Origin: Raillietiella orientalis
Lineage: Eukaryota
NCBI GenBank assembly: GCA_036172245.1
Contig: JAYWIR010000041.1
Location: 186,001-250,000 of the forward strand
Length of the DNA: 64,000 nt
Direction: 5' to 3'
The first letter of the stretch is position 1. The number at the start of each line of letters is the position of its first letter. This document shows, in pieces, positions 52,601 to 64,000 of the stretch. A program made the position numbers and the translations under genes. The notes under the pieces were generated by a model. That model saw nothing but the letters and a program-made list of their open reading frames with translations. It searched no databases and was not told where the DNA came from.

Positions 52601-54334
52601 TCTTTCTCTTGCCCTCCAAAGACTGGTCCTCTCCCTCTGCAGGTGAACTGAGTTCCTGACAACTCCCCGCCGCATTGCGTAATAACGGAACTTCTCTACT
52701 GTTAAATATGTGCACTCGCTTTGAGATAAGGGACCCATGCACAAACCCCCTTTGCTTCTCATCCTCAGCTGATCTCTTCCTATCTCTTAGGCTGATCCTC
52801 ACAAACAATTATTGAAATATCCCGTTTTCGCGGATTTGGATCACGTTATGCGTATATGAAAAATGCGCAGTACTGATGAATCATTAAGCATCACAGCTTA
52901 CGTTTCTTCAACAAAACTTTTCTCATGTGGCCGCCTTAACTGCTTTCTTGTTTCAATTTATAGAATTTTAGCTATAAATTGAAACATATTCTATGAAGAT
53001 ATAACCTACGAGGTTTGTTGCTTTTCACTTGGTGAAGCATATTTTTAATCAGCGACCGAAATTAAGACAGGCCGCTTTATTAGAACAAAAAAAAAAATGG
53101 ATTATCGGTGAAGGCACTTTCAAAGATAAAAAATTAATTTTCAATAATAACTGCCAGCAAAGAGAAGTGTGATTTACTTGCCAAAATCCGAAACAAACTC
53201 TCGATGGGCACTACTTCCTACGATAAATTACTAAGCAACGTATTAAATAGTTCAACATTGTACTATCTGTACAAAACAGGCATCGTACGGATACTTTTGT
53301 GGCTTGAAATGCTTCCCTTATTCACGTATGTTTATGACAATGAATATCACGAATGCACAAATGGTCTTATTAAATTCAAGACTTTGGAATAACGCACTTT
53401 ATACACTGTGGCAACTTTTGCTTAATCTCTAAATTACATATTCTTAGTGAATGAAATTGAATCTGAAACGAGTGCTTTTTAATATATGAATTTTCGAGAA
53501 GTGATGCTGCTGTTGTATTAACACAAGTGGATTTGAACGTACTTTTGAATTATCCCTTTTAAAATTTTCCAACAGCACATGGTGACCTCTTGAAATTTTC
53601 TTTTTCAAATCAACATTCCTAAGAATTATTTTCTAAGCAAATGCAATATTTAATCTCTAATTAATAGCAACTTCTTAACATACCAATTGCACAAACTTTC
53701 ACAGATTAATCGTATTCAAAAAACACAACACTATTTGATTTCAAGGCATCCTAGTATACAAGGGCATTGGCAGATCAACACACTTTTCATTGAATCCCCT
53801 GAGCATAATGCAAATTTCTTGATCATTTTGTAATAAACATAATGCATGTCAACAGTATAACAAAACATTACACAGGTCAACATCTCCCCCTTATTACCCT
53901 TATTAGCGATTTAGGTTACAACTGTTGAAAATGTGAGGCAATTATAACTCAGGAAATCACACTTGAAAACATAAATTTGCAGTTGAATCATCAAACCAAA
54001 AAACAAAATGTGATGCTCAGATTTGAACTGTAAATCTTAACTTTTCCCATAGGTACCTCATCAAATAAATATCCAATAGGAATATATAACATTGAAACTC
54101 TTTAATATATATTTTGTTTATACATAAGATTTTTTTTAAAAAAAAATGAACATCTTATATAAAATCCTCTGATCACTTGTTTTTGAATGTTGATACAGCA
54201 ATAGCTTCCGACAAAGATCTGCAATCTTATGCTTTTGATCAATGCCATCATTATACTGCACTTGTAGGTATGCATAAACTTCACATATTTTTGGCTAAAA
54301 ATAATAATTTATTACATGGAAAATTGAAGGAGAT

Positions 54335-55320
54335 TCAACCTATTGAGTGTTGATCAAAATTTAACTGATTATCAATCATTTGAAATAATTCCATGAGATT
54401 TGGAAGACGTCCCGATTCCAATTTTGACCACAAAGGAATATCTATAATACAATAACTGATTACACATTATATTGAAATATTAATTATGTACCATTAAAGT
54501 AAATTTCAAAAGCTCCTGTCGACATCAATTGATTTTCTATAGCACTGCTTATGAAGAATATCATAAGGCAGGAGAACACTTTGTTGGATAGCATCCAATA
54601 AAAGAATGCAGGCGTCCTCATGTTGAGAGCAGCAAATAAATTGAAATTCACGATAACAAAAATGATAAAAATAAACTTGCAGAATGACTAGAATAAATAA
54701 AACTGTTTCATGTAAACACATTGGATAAACCCTACCAAAATTTGGACTGATACTTTTTTATACTGGGGAGGAGGATAGTTATCACCTACTAAAGTAATGG
54801 CAGCATATTTTTGTTGTAGAACAGATGCATACTGCTCATAGGCTTTCCGATACCCTCATGAATAACTGCAAAACAAAATGTCAACTCACACAGCATATAA
54901 TACTTCAACAATATTAGTGGACTATTGGCAACGTTTTCATGTAAGGGACACAATATATTGGCAAAAATGAGGTGACCGGAGTATTTTTACAAAAGTCAGT
55001 GCCAGAAAAACTTTCTGTTGCTTTAAGTTAAAAAAAACGGTTTGCAATATAAGATTTGTTGGCCAAAAATACTAAGAAGCAAGAATATGGATACCTATTC
55101 AGTTATACTATATCAATCAAAACTGAAGGAAATTTGCCTACCAGTACAATACTCTAATTATGGGTCCCAAACGATCCTGACTCTTAAACTCAGTAGTTGG
55201 TATGACTTTCTTTGATTTATCATTAAGATCTACACTTTTCTTGCTAATAAAAATATCCTTCGCCGTTAGAAACAAAAACACTATAAAAATGAAAACTGAT
55301 ATTACACTCGGCCCTGTCAT
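54335..55320 (-). CDS. SELENOT: Selenoprotein T; 4 exons (55142-55320, 54736-54865, 54492-54687, 54335-54441), 203 aa, Sec UGA at 54856-54858
   Basis: A signal-like N-terminus is followed by GPIIRVLYC-YS-U-GYRKAYEQY...GDNYPPP...NKVFSCLMIFFISSAIENQLMSTGAFEIYFNDIPLWSKLESGRLP. The in-frame TGA forms CxxU, and all introns are GT-AG with a consistent frame. Confidence 0.95.
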
Positions 55321-57968
55321 CGTACCGAATTAATTCGTACTAAGCGATATTTCCCTCACGGAGGGACTACCATGCTTAACAGCATTAAAATAGATAGAAT
55401 AAAGCAATTTAAATCGCATGAAAATATATCAAAAGAAGTTATTACAAAATATTCAAATTTTTAAAATCTGAAGAATTCTAAGTATTTCTCGAATTCTAGA
55501 TTAGATTAAATTTTTTCCGTAATATCCAAAATTATTACTATGAAAATCCTGATAAAACTGTTAAACTGATAAAACTAAGAAAACAGTTAATAAAATTCAA
55601 TTTATCTGCCACAAAAAAAATTGATAAAATGAATTCCTTAAAGTAAATCTCAAGTGCAAATTATACAGTCACTGGAGGAAAGTAATTCTGTAATAGCAAC
55701 ATGAAGTACTGTAGCAGAAGTGAACTTTTAAATGCATATAAAAAGTGCCAAGGATCTAACTTGTTTTCCTCATTGTTTACAATGATACTCTAGTTTTCAA
55801 ACGAACTAACATTTTTATTTTCAACTATATCCTGTAGTTGGTCTTTACGATCGTAAAAAGTACATCATCTTGTAACTGCACTCGATTAAACTCTGTCGTT
55901 GGAAATCCATATTTGCGTAATATGTGAATAACTTGGAAATGGAAAAATCAAATATCATCATCAAAGGATAACATTAATTTATCATGAATAATTCATTTCA
56001 ATACTTACTTGTTTAATAACAGCACTGAGTAGAAAATATTCTGTATCATTGTTCAATAGCATAAAATAAAAGATCAATAGACAGTTATTTACTAACTGCG
56101 ACTCTTTCGAAAATCATGGCAAAGAACCGAATCTTTTTTAAAATGGTATAAAGAAGCTCTCCTATGCCAAAATTGAAAACAGAAATCTACTAACAAAATG
56201 TGCATGCATGAAAATAAATTACGTACATTGTTTTTCATAGAAGTATTAAGAAATCGAAAAATTTGTGGTTTAGAGTAATTGCCACCAATACACCAATATT
56301 AGAAAATGTTAGATTAATAAGTGAATGATTGATTTTTAAATGGAGAATGCGTCAACAATAAGCGTTAAATCAGGGGGGAAAAAAAGATTGATATTCACAG
56401 ATCAGATTTGCATATACACTACATGCATATAACAAATTCTAATGAATACAATAATTTAAAAAGCTAAAAAGACACCATTATAATGAAGCTTATAATAAAG
56501 ATGATGAAACTGAAGATTTCGATATTAAGCGAACTTCACTCACAAGGGTGAAGTAATTGTGAGATCTACTAAGTACCTCAGCATGATACATGAAAATGAG
56601 TGGATTCTTGAAGGATTAATTAATTTCTGGTCAGTAATTGTAATAATTGCAAGCCAGAAATACAGGTAAGTTGTGAAAGTATCCATCATTGACTGTATTA
56701 GCAAGATAAACAAAATTTTTGTTTACATTCAATACAATATTTAGATGAATAGCTGTTTACTCACGCAACCACAAAGTTTAGATTATTTGATAAAAAAAAT
56801 AACTAATTCATGAACCCAATCTCTTTCATCTATTTATTTGAAGCAAATTAAAACCCACAAATATAGCTGGAATGTTTTTATGAATAATTATTTTCACAGT
56901 TTTGTTGCTGACTCTGAAATAGAAATCCATTTAAATTCTTGACTCAATGATTGGCTGAAAAGAAGTTCTTTCTGTTTACAAAAAAATGGTTCAAATCATG
57001 AAAAATGAGCGAATTTTCGACGTGCAAATATCTCATATATAGTTATTCGATTCTCAATCGTTTTCTTTGTTAATCCTTTTTATGTTCTTCATAAGCCATC
57101 AGCTAGATTTGAAAGTAAGCATGGCTAGCGTTGTGCTTGGAACTTTTAATCTAATGTTGCATCACTGAATTTGCCTCATGCGACATTTATTAAGTTGTCG
57201 GTATTTTTCCTAATGGAATCGAATATGATTAGCGTTCAGTCCTTCTTCTCCAGCAAATTAGATAGAATCTGCATCAGCATCAAACTGTTTTTTGTACATG
57301 TCGCTCCCATCTCTTTATGGCATGTCAGAGTGATGACAAGTGATTGAAAACATTTGTCAATTACACTAGCGTGAATGAACATAATGCATTTAAATGCGTT
57401 CGACAAATTTAATGCCATTATGCACAGATTTATATGTACATGAATCAATGGCTGCTAATCACCTCGTACGGGTTTGCGAATGCAAAAAATTAATCTGTGA
57501 GAACCTAAATTTGGGGAACCACGCATTCTCTGGAACATGCCCACGTTGGTTAGATCCGATTTGGGTTTCCGTTGATTGTTAATTAGCAACGAAAGGTAAT
57601 TACACGATAACATGTTTGGAATTAATATACGCTTTAATGAATACTTGCAAGCGGAGATATTCGTGTTGTAGCAACCATTTTTGAAAAATGCAAATAGTAA
57701 TATGCAAATAACTGTTACTGTATGTTAACCATGTTTGGTTGCAAAATACATTAAAAATGCACAATATGTTTCGCAGATGAGGCTAAAACAGTCTACAAAA
57801 ACATTGTGTTGGTGTTCCAAAGCAGTTATTTTGGATTTCATTACGATTTCCCAACAAAATCTCGAATTGTCAAAACATCCATGTGCACATGGAAGATATT
57901 TATATTAATACACACTTTGTTAATCCAACAGAATTGAGAAACAAACTTTCACAGTGGTTGTTACAACC

Positions 57969-58262
57969 ATGTTAACAGTTTTTTGGAATTGGAATGTACA
58001 TTTCAAATCATTATTCTCTCTTGGAAGAACTCTCAGCAAAAAGGCTACTGACTTGACAAGTGAACTCGTGCCACCAGTCTCTTGTTGTATGTCAGGATGC
58101 TCAAACTGTGTTTGGATTGACTTTGTAAACAAGTTGTTGCAAAATGGGAATATAACTACTTCAGAAATTTCAGAAATTTTACAGAAAATTCCAGATATTC
58201 AATTCAGAGCATTTGTTGAAGGGGAGGTTAAAAAGCAGTTGTCAAAGATGGAACCAAAATAG
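57969..58262 (+). CDS. OXLD1: Oxidoreductase-like domain-containing protein 1 (start codon uncertain)
   Basis: ELVPPVSCCMSGCSNCVWIDF...FRAFVEGEVK matches the Oxidored-like CCMSGCxNCVW signature. Confidence 0.88.
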   Translation: MLTVFWNWNVHFKSLFSLGRTLSKKATDLTSELVPPVSCCMSGCSNCVWIDFVNKLLQNGNITTSEISEILQKIPDIQFRAFVEGEVKKQLSKMEPK

Positions 58263-58302
58263 CACATGAAAATGAATCAGTGGTGCACTTATGTGAAGAG
58301 CA

Positions 58303-59586
58303 TCAATTATCATTCAAAATAAGATGGAACTCTGGAAAAAAACCATCACAACAAAAACACAATCATCAAAGAAATTACCTTGTAAAAGCTTTTCCCATGC
58401 AGGAGCTGAGAGCAATTGAAGCATTTCCTGCCATGGTTGCAAACCTTTGTCACAATTTTGAGTCAACTGTGAATCTAAAGGGATTGATCCTAAAAATGGT
58501 ATATCAAAATCTTGGCATAACTTTTTACCACCACCAGTAGATGAAGGAAAAACAGCAGACTGCATCTTGAATATAATGAAATCAAACTGTAATACAAGGT
58601 AAACTATGTTACTTTGCACGAAGGGCAAATAAAGATGCTCATGTTTTCCACAATGCCCAATATATGTAAACCAACTTTTTTGCAAAAGCTAATTTCTTTG
58701 CGCACATCTTGTAAAGAGACTTCCTGAGGACTGGTAACTAATATAGCTTCACAGAGATGAGAATTAGCAAGGAGCTGAATTAAAGATAAATGTTCATCAG
58801 ATGTTCCAGGAGGTGTATCAATGATTAAAAAGTCTAATGTTTCCCATTCAACTTCTTTTAGAAATTGCTTTATAAGTCCTACGAATGTATTTACAAATGT
58901 TTAACTAGGTAGTTTTACCATTTTTTTTCGGACCACGCCAAATGACAGCTGAATCAGGACCAGGAAGGAGGAAGCCTGCTGACATGACACAAAGGTTTTC
59001 TTGAACATACTGCATAGAGTTTACAATTGTGATGAATACAAGTTTAGCCACTCACTATAGGAGACCATCCTGAACCACTCTGATGTATTTGCTCTCCTTG
59101 TAGTCCCAAAAGACGAGGCAGTGATGGACCACATATATCTACATCCAAAAGTCCAACCTGAGTACCTAAGCTTAAACATGCTACATATAAATGCAGAATC
59201 TCTTACAGAAAGATTTGGTTTAGCAGCAAGACTGATTGCCAACATTGCAGCTACTGTGCTTTTCCCTACACCACCTTTTCCCGACAGTACAAGGATGATG
59301 TGTTTTACCTGAGCTAACTGGTGTCCAATCTGGATAACATCTGCATGGATGAAAAACACACTTTTTGTCACTCATTACTGGCTTGCAAACATCAGATGCA
59401 TTTGTGCATGCACACCCATACACACACATACGTATATGTTATTTACAAATTTGACTAACCAGGATCTGGCAGCAAAGTGGTACCTGCAGCACACTGTGAT
59501 TGATTGGGACATCCCTGACATGCACTGCCATGACCAGCATTCTGACTACCTATGCCTGGGCAATTAGCTGGGATTTCTGTTTGCAT
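58303..59586 (-). CDS. NUBP1: Cytosolic Fe-S cluster assembly factor NUBP1/Nbp35, multi-exon
   Basis: N-terminal CPG...[10 protein letters not shown] cluster motif, then [59 protein letters not shown] and LGSIPLD. Exons are separated by short GT-AG introns. Confidence 0.96.
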
Positions 59587-59766
59587 TAAAAATGAATTCA
59601 ACTCTTTAGAGCTATTTTCAGAATTCTTTTCCATTTTTCCTTGAACAGACATATTTTTCCATCAATTACCCCCCAAAATTTTCACTTGAGTTCAATTTGT
59701 CACATCCCTTTCAAAAACAGAGCATCAACACTTTATTACAAACACTATTCATTACTACCAGCAACA

Positions 59767-60511
59767 TTATTTGATATACTTTTGGTAGTCCTTGGATTCA
59801 AAAAAAGTATATGAGAGAATTACAGATGTTATATTTTTCATTTGAGGATCCTCAGCAAATTCTGGATCCAGATAAAAAAAGACAGGAAGATCTACCTACA
59901 TACCACTTGTAAGCCTATCTGATAGCTTGTTTGTTTTTTTACCTGCTCCTGTGCATTTAGCAGTTGTTCTTCAAAACAAAAACATTGAATTTTATTGAAG
60001 TAAACTCCTGCTTCAAATGGAACAACATTGTAAGTGGAAACACCAATAACTGGTTTATCTGATGTATTTGTGGCTGTAAAAAATGCCAGCGTTGTCTCTC
60101 CAGGATGAATCTATTTGAGTTACAGAAACTATCTTTTACAATGTTTCTTACTTTCACTTCAGTTTGCTGAGGTTCAAATTTCCAGGGCAACTGAGATGAT
60201 ACATTGGCATTGAATGTAACAGTGACTACTCGTTTGGAAGGCTTCATGTGTTCTATTTTATCAGAATCATGGCCTTGTTTTACAGTACCACCGTAGCCTG
60301 TGCTTTGACAGAAAAGACGATATAATGGGACAGCTGCATACGTCATGCCAACTGCAAGAAAGCCAAGAGCTGCAAAATACATTGCAGTGACTTGCTTGTG
60401 CCTTTTATTTGACTGATTTAAATGCATGCTTCCCTTTTGGAAATGGCACATGTCTGTGTACAATACTTTACTGGATACAAAATTCTTCACAGTTCTTTGA
60501 AATCCAAACAT
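59767..60511 (-). CDS. COX11: Cytochrome c oxidase assembly protein COX11, 3 exons (start codon uncertain)
   Basis: YAAVPLYRLFCQSTGYGG, PWKFEPQQ, PGET.LAFF, YFNKIQCFCFEEQ, VDLPVFFYLDPEF and LSYTFFE. There are two introns of about 45 nt. Confidence 0.96.
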
Positions 60512-62299
60512 ATCCAATCATCAAACTTTACTTGGAGCTTTGTTTGGTGATCACACAATCTAGAGAACTACTGTTTTTGAATACATCATTCAGTTAATTG
60601 ATCATAAGTAAATCCTTTCACTTTCTAATCTGGCTAGCAGAACAAATGACCTGAAACTTTCAAGTTCAAATTTGAATGTACAGAATTCTGAATGCTCTAA
60701 TTCAAGGGTCTATGCTATTCATTGCTGCTTGTGACTGTGGCATTTTTTAAACCTGAACTTCACATATGAGAAGTTCATTACTGTGTGCACAAAAGCAGAA
60801 AATAAAATGTGCTTAATTAAGAGCTCAAGTGGTTAATTTTCAGATGCATCCTGTAGTAACAGCTGAACATTTATCACTCAAATTGTAAGCTTCAACCTGG
60901 AATTCCGATCAGTTGAAAATTTGTAGGGCAATAAATGTTTAAAGAGATGCTACATACGAGTAGTGGAAAGTACTCCAAAGTTTATGAATGGTTCTCTGAG
61001 AAATCCTAATCACTTTTTTGAACAAAATGAATTATTAACCATTATATGCAGGTTGGATACGTCGAACATAGTTTGAACCCCGGGGTTTAAATCGTGGTCA
61101 ACAGATCATTCAGATGCTTTTTGTAGGTTAAAAATCAGCTTCACCTTACACCTACCTATGCAAATAGTAAACGATGTGAACTACGGCACCGACTTCATGG
61201 TACCGAGTTCAATTCTGACATAAAGTACTGCTTCTAAGCATGCATCACTATATATTATCTGACCACTAGCGGAATTAAGAATAAAAGCATCGTTTCTACA
61301 AATGTGTAGCTCTGTAAAATGGGGATGTGAGATAATTCAGAATCATCGACTAACATTCATTTCTAGCATACTGGTCCGGTTACGTGAGTTTTGTTCAGGT
61401 ACTTATTTCCTATGTTTATCAACTCTGGTCAACTCAACACCATAGCAAAGCGAGCACGCAGATGGCCCAAACCAGCTTCTCATCGGTTTCACAAGTTTCC
61501 GATGTTTCTTATTCTACAGGATCTAGATTTTGAAAAATGAACTCAGCATTAGTTCAGCTACGAAACCGTACTCGCGGAAGAAGTACCTTTCAGAAATATT
61601 CTGAACAGCTCCCGATTTGCGATAATTGGCAGTAATCAAATAAACTAATTCAAAATTCTATTTTCTGCACTCAGCCTTGGTTGGAGAAAATGGAGAAATC
61701 GTGTTTACGAGTACCCTTTTCAAATAAATATAGAAAATGAACTCCAATCGCTTTCAGGAGCCCTAGAAGAGTGCACAAATACGTTTCAGAAGCATTCAAT
61801 TAAACAGACTTATTCACATATGCGAGAAAAAATGAAGCAAGAGAAAACAACAGTTATGTTAATCGGTACTTTTCTCTCCTGTGTAAAAAACCAAATATAT
61901 CTTAAGTCCAAAAGAGTACAGTATCACTACAGTAATATTGTGTTGGTAATCAAAACATCAAAATTTCCATCTGTTGTCAGTGCATATGGAAAACACTGTA
62001 TTTACGAAGTGTTTCATCGCCTAAGTTCGTGAAATAATTGAAGAAGGTGGATTACAGATGCACGAGACTTTCATATGAGATTTTCTTTTAAATACATTGG
62101 AGTTTCGAAGTTTCCTCATCTGACAAGCGGTGGAAAAAATTTGTTGAAAACAACAAGGAGGTCACAGTTCCAAAATATGAACAAATATCCACAACATAGT
62201 GACAAAATTTCGGTTCTCTTCAACACATTTCCACACTTAGCGTTCATGTCACATAAGATTGTTAAGTTCCTTCTCATTTCCTCATTTCCTTAAATCTTT

Positions 62300-64000
62300 T
62301 CAAAGATACACCAATATGTCCAAGCTGGAACTTTTCTACAGTTATGGACATCTATTCCTTTGTTCAGCTGGTCTATAGGACTTCGATGGCTGCTGCAGTT
62401 TGCGCCTTGAGGACGTTCATTCTTATCATAGTGCACCTCGTGAAAAAGACAATCGTATCATGGGATTGTACACAGAAAGGATCCCTTCCCCTACAAATAA
62501 TCAACTCAGGATCTCCATTTCGTTTTCTCCTGCAGTGTTGTTACCTGTCTCAACACTTTTCAATCCTGAAACAGCACCGGACAGGGTGGACATGAGTGAA
62601 GTTGAGTTTCCATTTCTCCACACTGACCACAGAGCTCGTCCTGAGGACTTTCCGTTCGGCGATGCTGTCGCATGCCACACAGAATACCTTCTGAGAAAAC
62701 ATCTAGTGATCATCCTGGATTTCTTGAGGCAAATGGGTCTTCCATGTCGTGACTCCATTGTCTTTTATTAGCTAGATTTTCTCAAATCGAGGGAAGATAA
62801 CAGCGAGTACCTCTTTATGGGTATGACTTCGGGGAGTGCATTTTTTTATGTTGTTTGCTTATACCATGATGCATACGTAAGTCTGATTGCACCAGAGATC
62901 CCAGCTCTTAAAAATGAAGCATTCCTTATTCCTTGAGTGCACTGGAGCAGTCGCATCTCATAGAGGTTTCCACTCGTTGCAGACGGTTCACAGTGCTTAA
63001 ATTCCGGTTCTTACCTTCGGTGGATCCAGTGTTCTGTTAAGAATGAATTGGGCAGGAATTAGGGAATCACCAGATCTAGTTCTTACTCCTAAAACTCTTT
63101 GCTTTGGAGAGCCACTCCCATCCGTGTCAGAGAGACCCCCGTATACAGCCGGCAGAATCCAGTCCATTTCAGCTATTGTTTCCTTGGCCACGTGAAATTG
63201 ATTTTTACGCTCTGATCTGTCTTCTTTTACTAATGATAACATGAGGTCGCTCAAACTGTTCAACTTAGAGTAGACCTAGCGAGCAGCGCTGGATGCAACT
63301 CAGCTATCTTGGTTATTAGAAGTTGCCAAGCGACCAGAAGATGGATTGAGTGTTTTGCGGTCCTCATCCCGATGCCAAATCCCTTCCTTGAGAGACATAT
63401 ATGCTTGAGAATTATTCTCGTTCTACATTCCTTCTATAGAGGACTCCACTGAATCACAGAAGTCTGCTTTTTCTGGTTCAGTGGCTAGAAGGCTGGTACG
63501 AAGAGAACCTTGAGAAGCAGGACTTTGTTCCAAAAGTTAGCTTGGTATATCAAACAAGAGTCGGACAGGTCTTATTTGGTGGTTTATTCTTCAGTTTTGC
63601 CCAGTATTGCTCTCCACATCCTGGGTGCCGAGGAGTTTCCAATGTGGATTTCCAAGTATTCGATATCGTTAAGCAAACGTAATTCCTTTGCAGTTAAGGC
63701 ACTGATGTCCTTGATCCCTATGGTCAGTAGTTTGGACTTTTTAACCTTGATTACTGTGCCCAGTCCATCTTGCATGGACCTTGTTATTTTCAGAAATTCA
63801 CGTTAATCCGCATCATACTTTCTGAAGAAGAAGGGACAATCTGAGAAGGTTGGATGGATTAGTCTTTAACTGTCCGTTTTGATTTCTATGAAACGATTCC
63901 CCTAATAAATTCATCACTCTTGACGTCTCTTCAGTTTAGAGTACGAACAGCATTGGACTCAGGGAGTCCAATGCTGTTCCTAATCTTCCGTTCTGATCGA
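62300..64000 (-). mobile_element. Decayed L1/Tx1-like ORF2 (RT C-terminal part and zf-RVT), running off the window
   Basis: GTVIKVKKSKLL...IEYLEIHIG...MWRAILGK, LSRKGFGIG, and ELCGQCGEMETQLHSCPPCPVL at about 62572-62640. Confidence 0.75.

Noticed and set aside
55700..57000. Possible additional host gene divergent from SELENOT
   Set aside because: Isolated splice-like sites exist (for example AG|GTAAGT near 56665), but I could not assemble a consistent frame or recognise a protein.
1..64000. CRISPR arrays, rRNA, tRNA or snRNA genes
   Set aside because: I saw no regularly spaced repeats and no recognisable structural RNA sequence by eye. A covariance-model scan was not possible.

Overview
This is eukaryotic nuclear DNA from an invertebrate-like animal with short 40-60 nt introns. 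It has three zones. (1) About 1-39.6 kb is a moderately GC-rich zone of heavily decayed retrotransposons (RTE-, L1/Tx1-, R2/NeSL-Utopia-, R4- and Gypsy-like remnants) with no intact gene. (2) About 42.9-50.3 kb is a decayed bacterial, Wolbachia/Rickettsiales-like mosaic insert. It carries two different IS110 transposase pseudogenes, an iron-ABC-permease fragment, a ppdK 3' fragment and an adjacent cifA-like plus cifB-like (PD-(D/E)XK nuclease) pseudogene pair. A GC-rich processed aspartylglucosaminidase retrocopy with poly(A) and a perfect 15-bp target-site duplication has inserted into the cifB-like gene. (3) AT-rich host genes flank the insert: DYNLT1/Tctex-1, a selenoprotein T with an in-frame UGA (CxxU), OXLD1, NUBP1 and COX11, followed by more retroelement debris. 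All protein assignments come from manual translation and motif comparison from memory; no searches were run. Coordinates of decayed elements are approximate.
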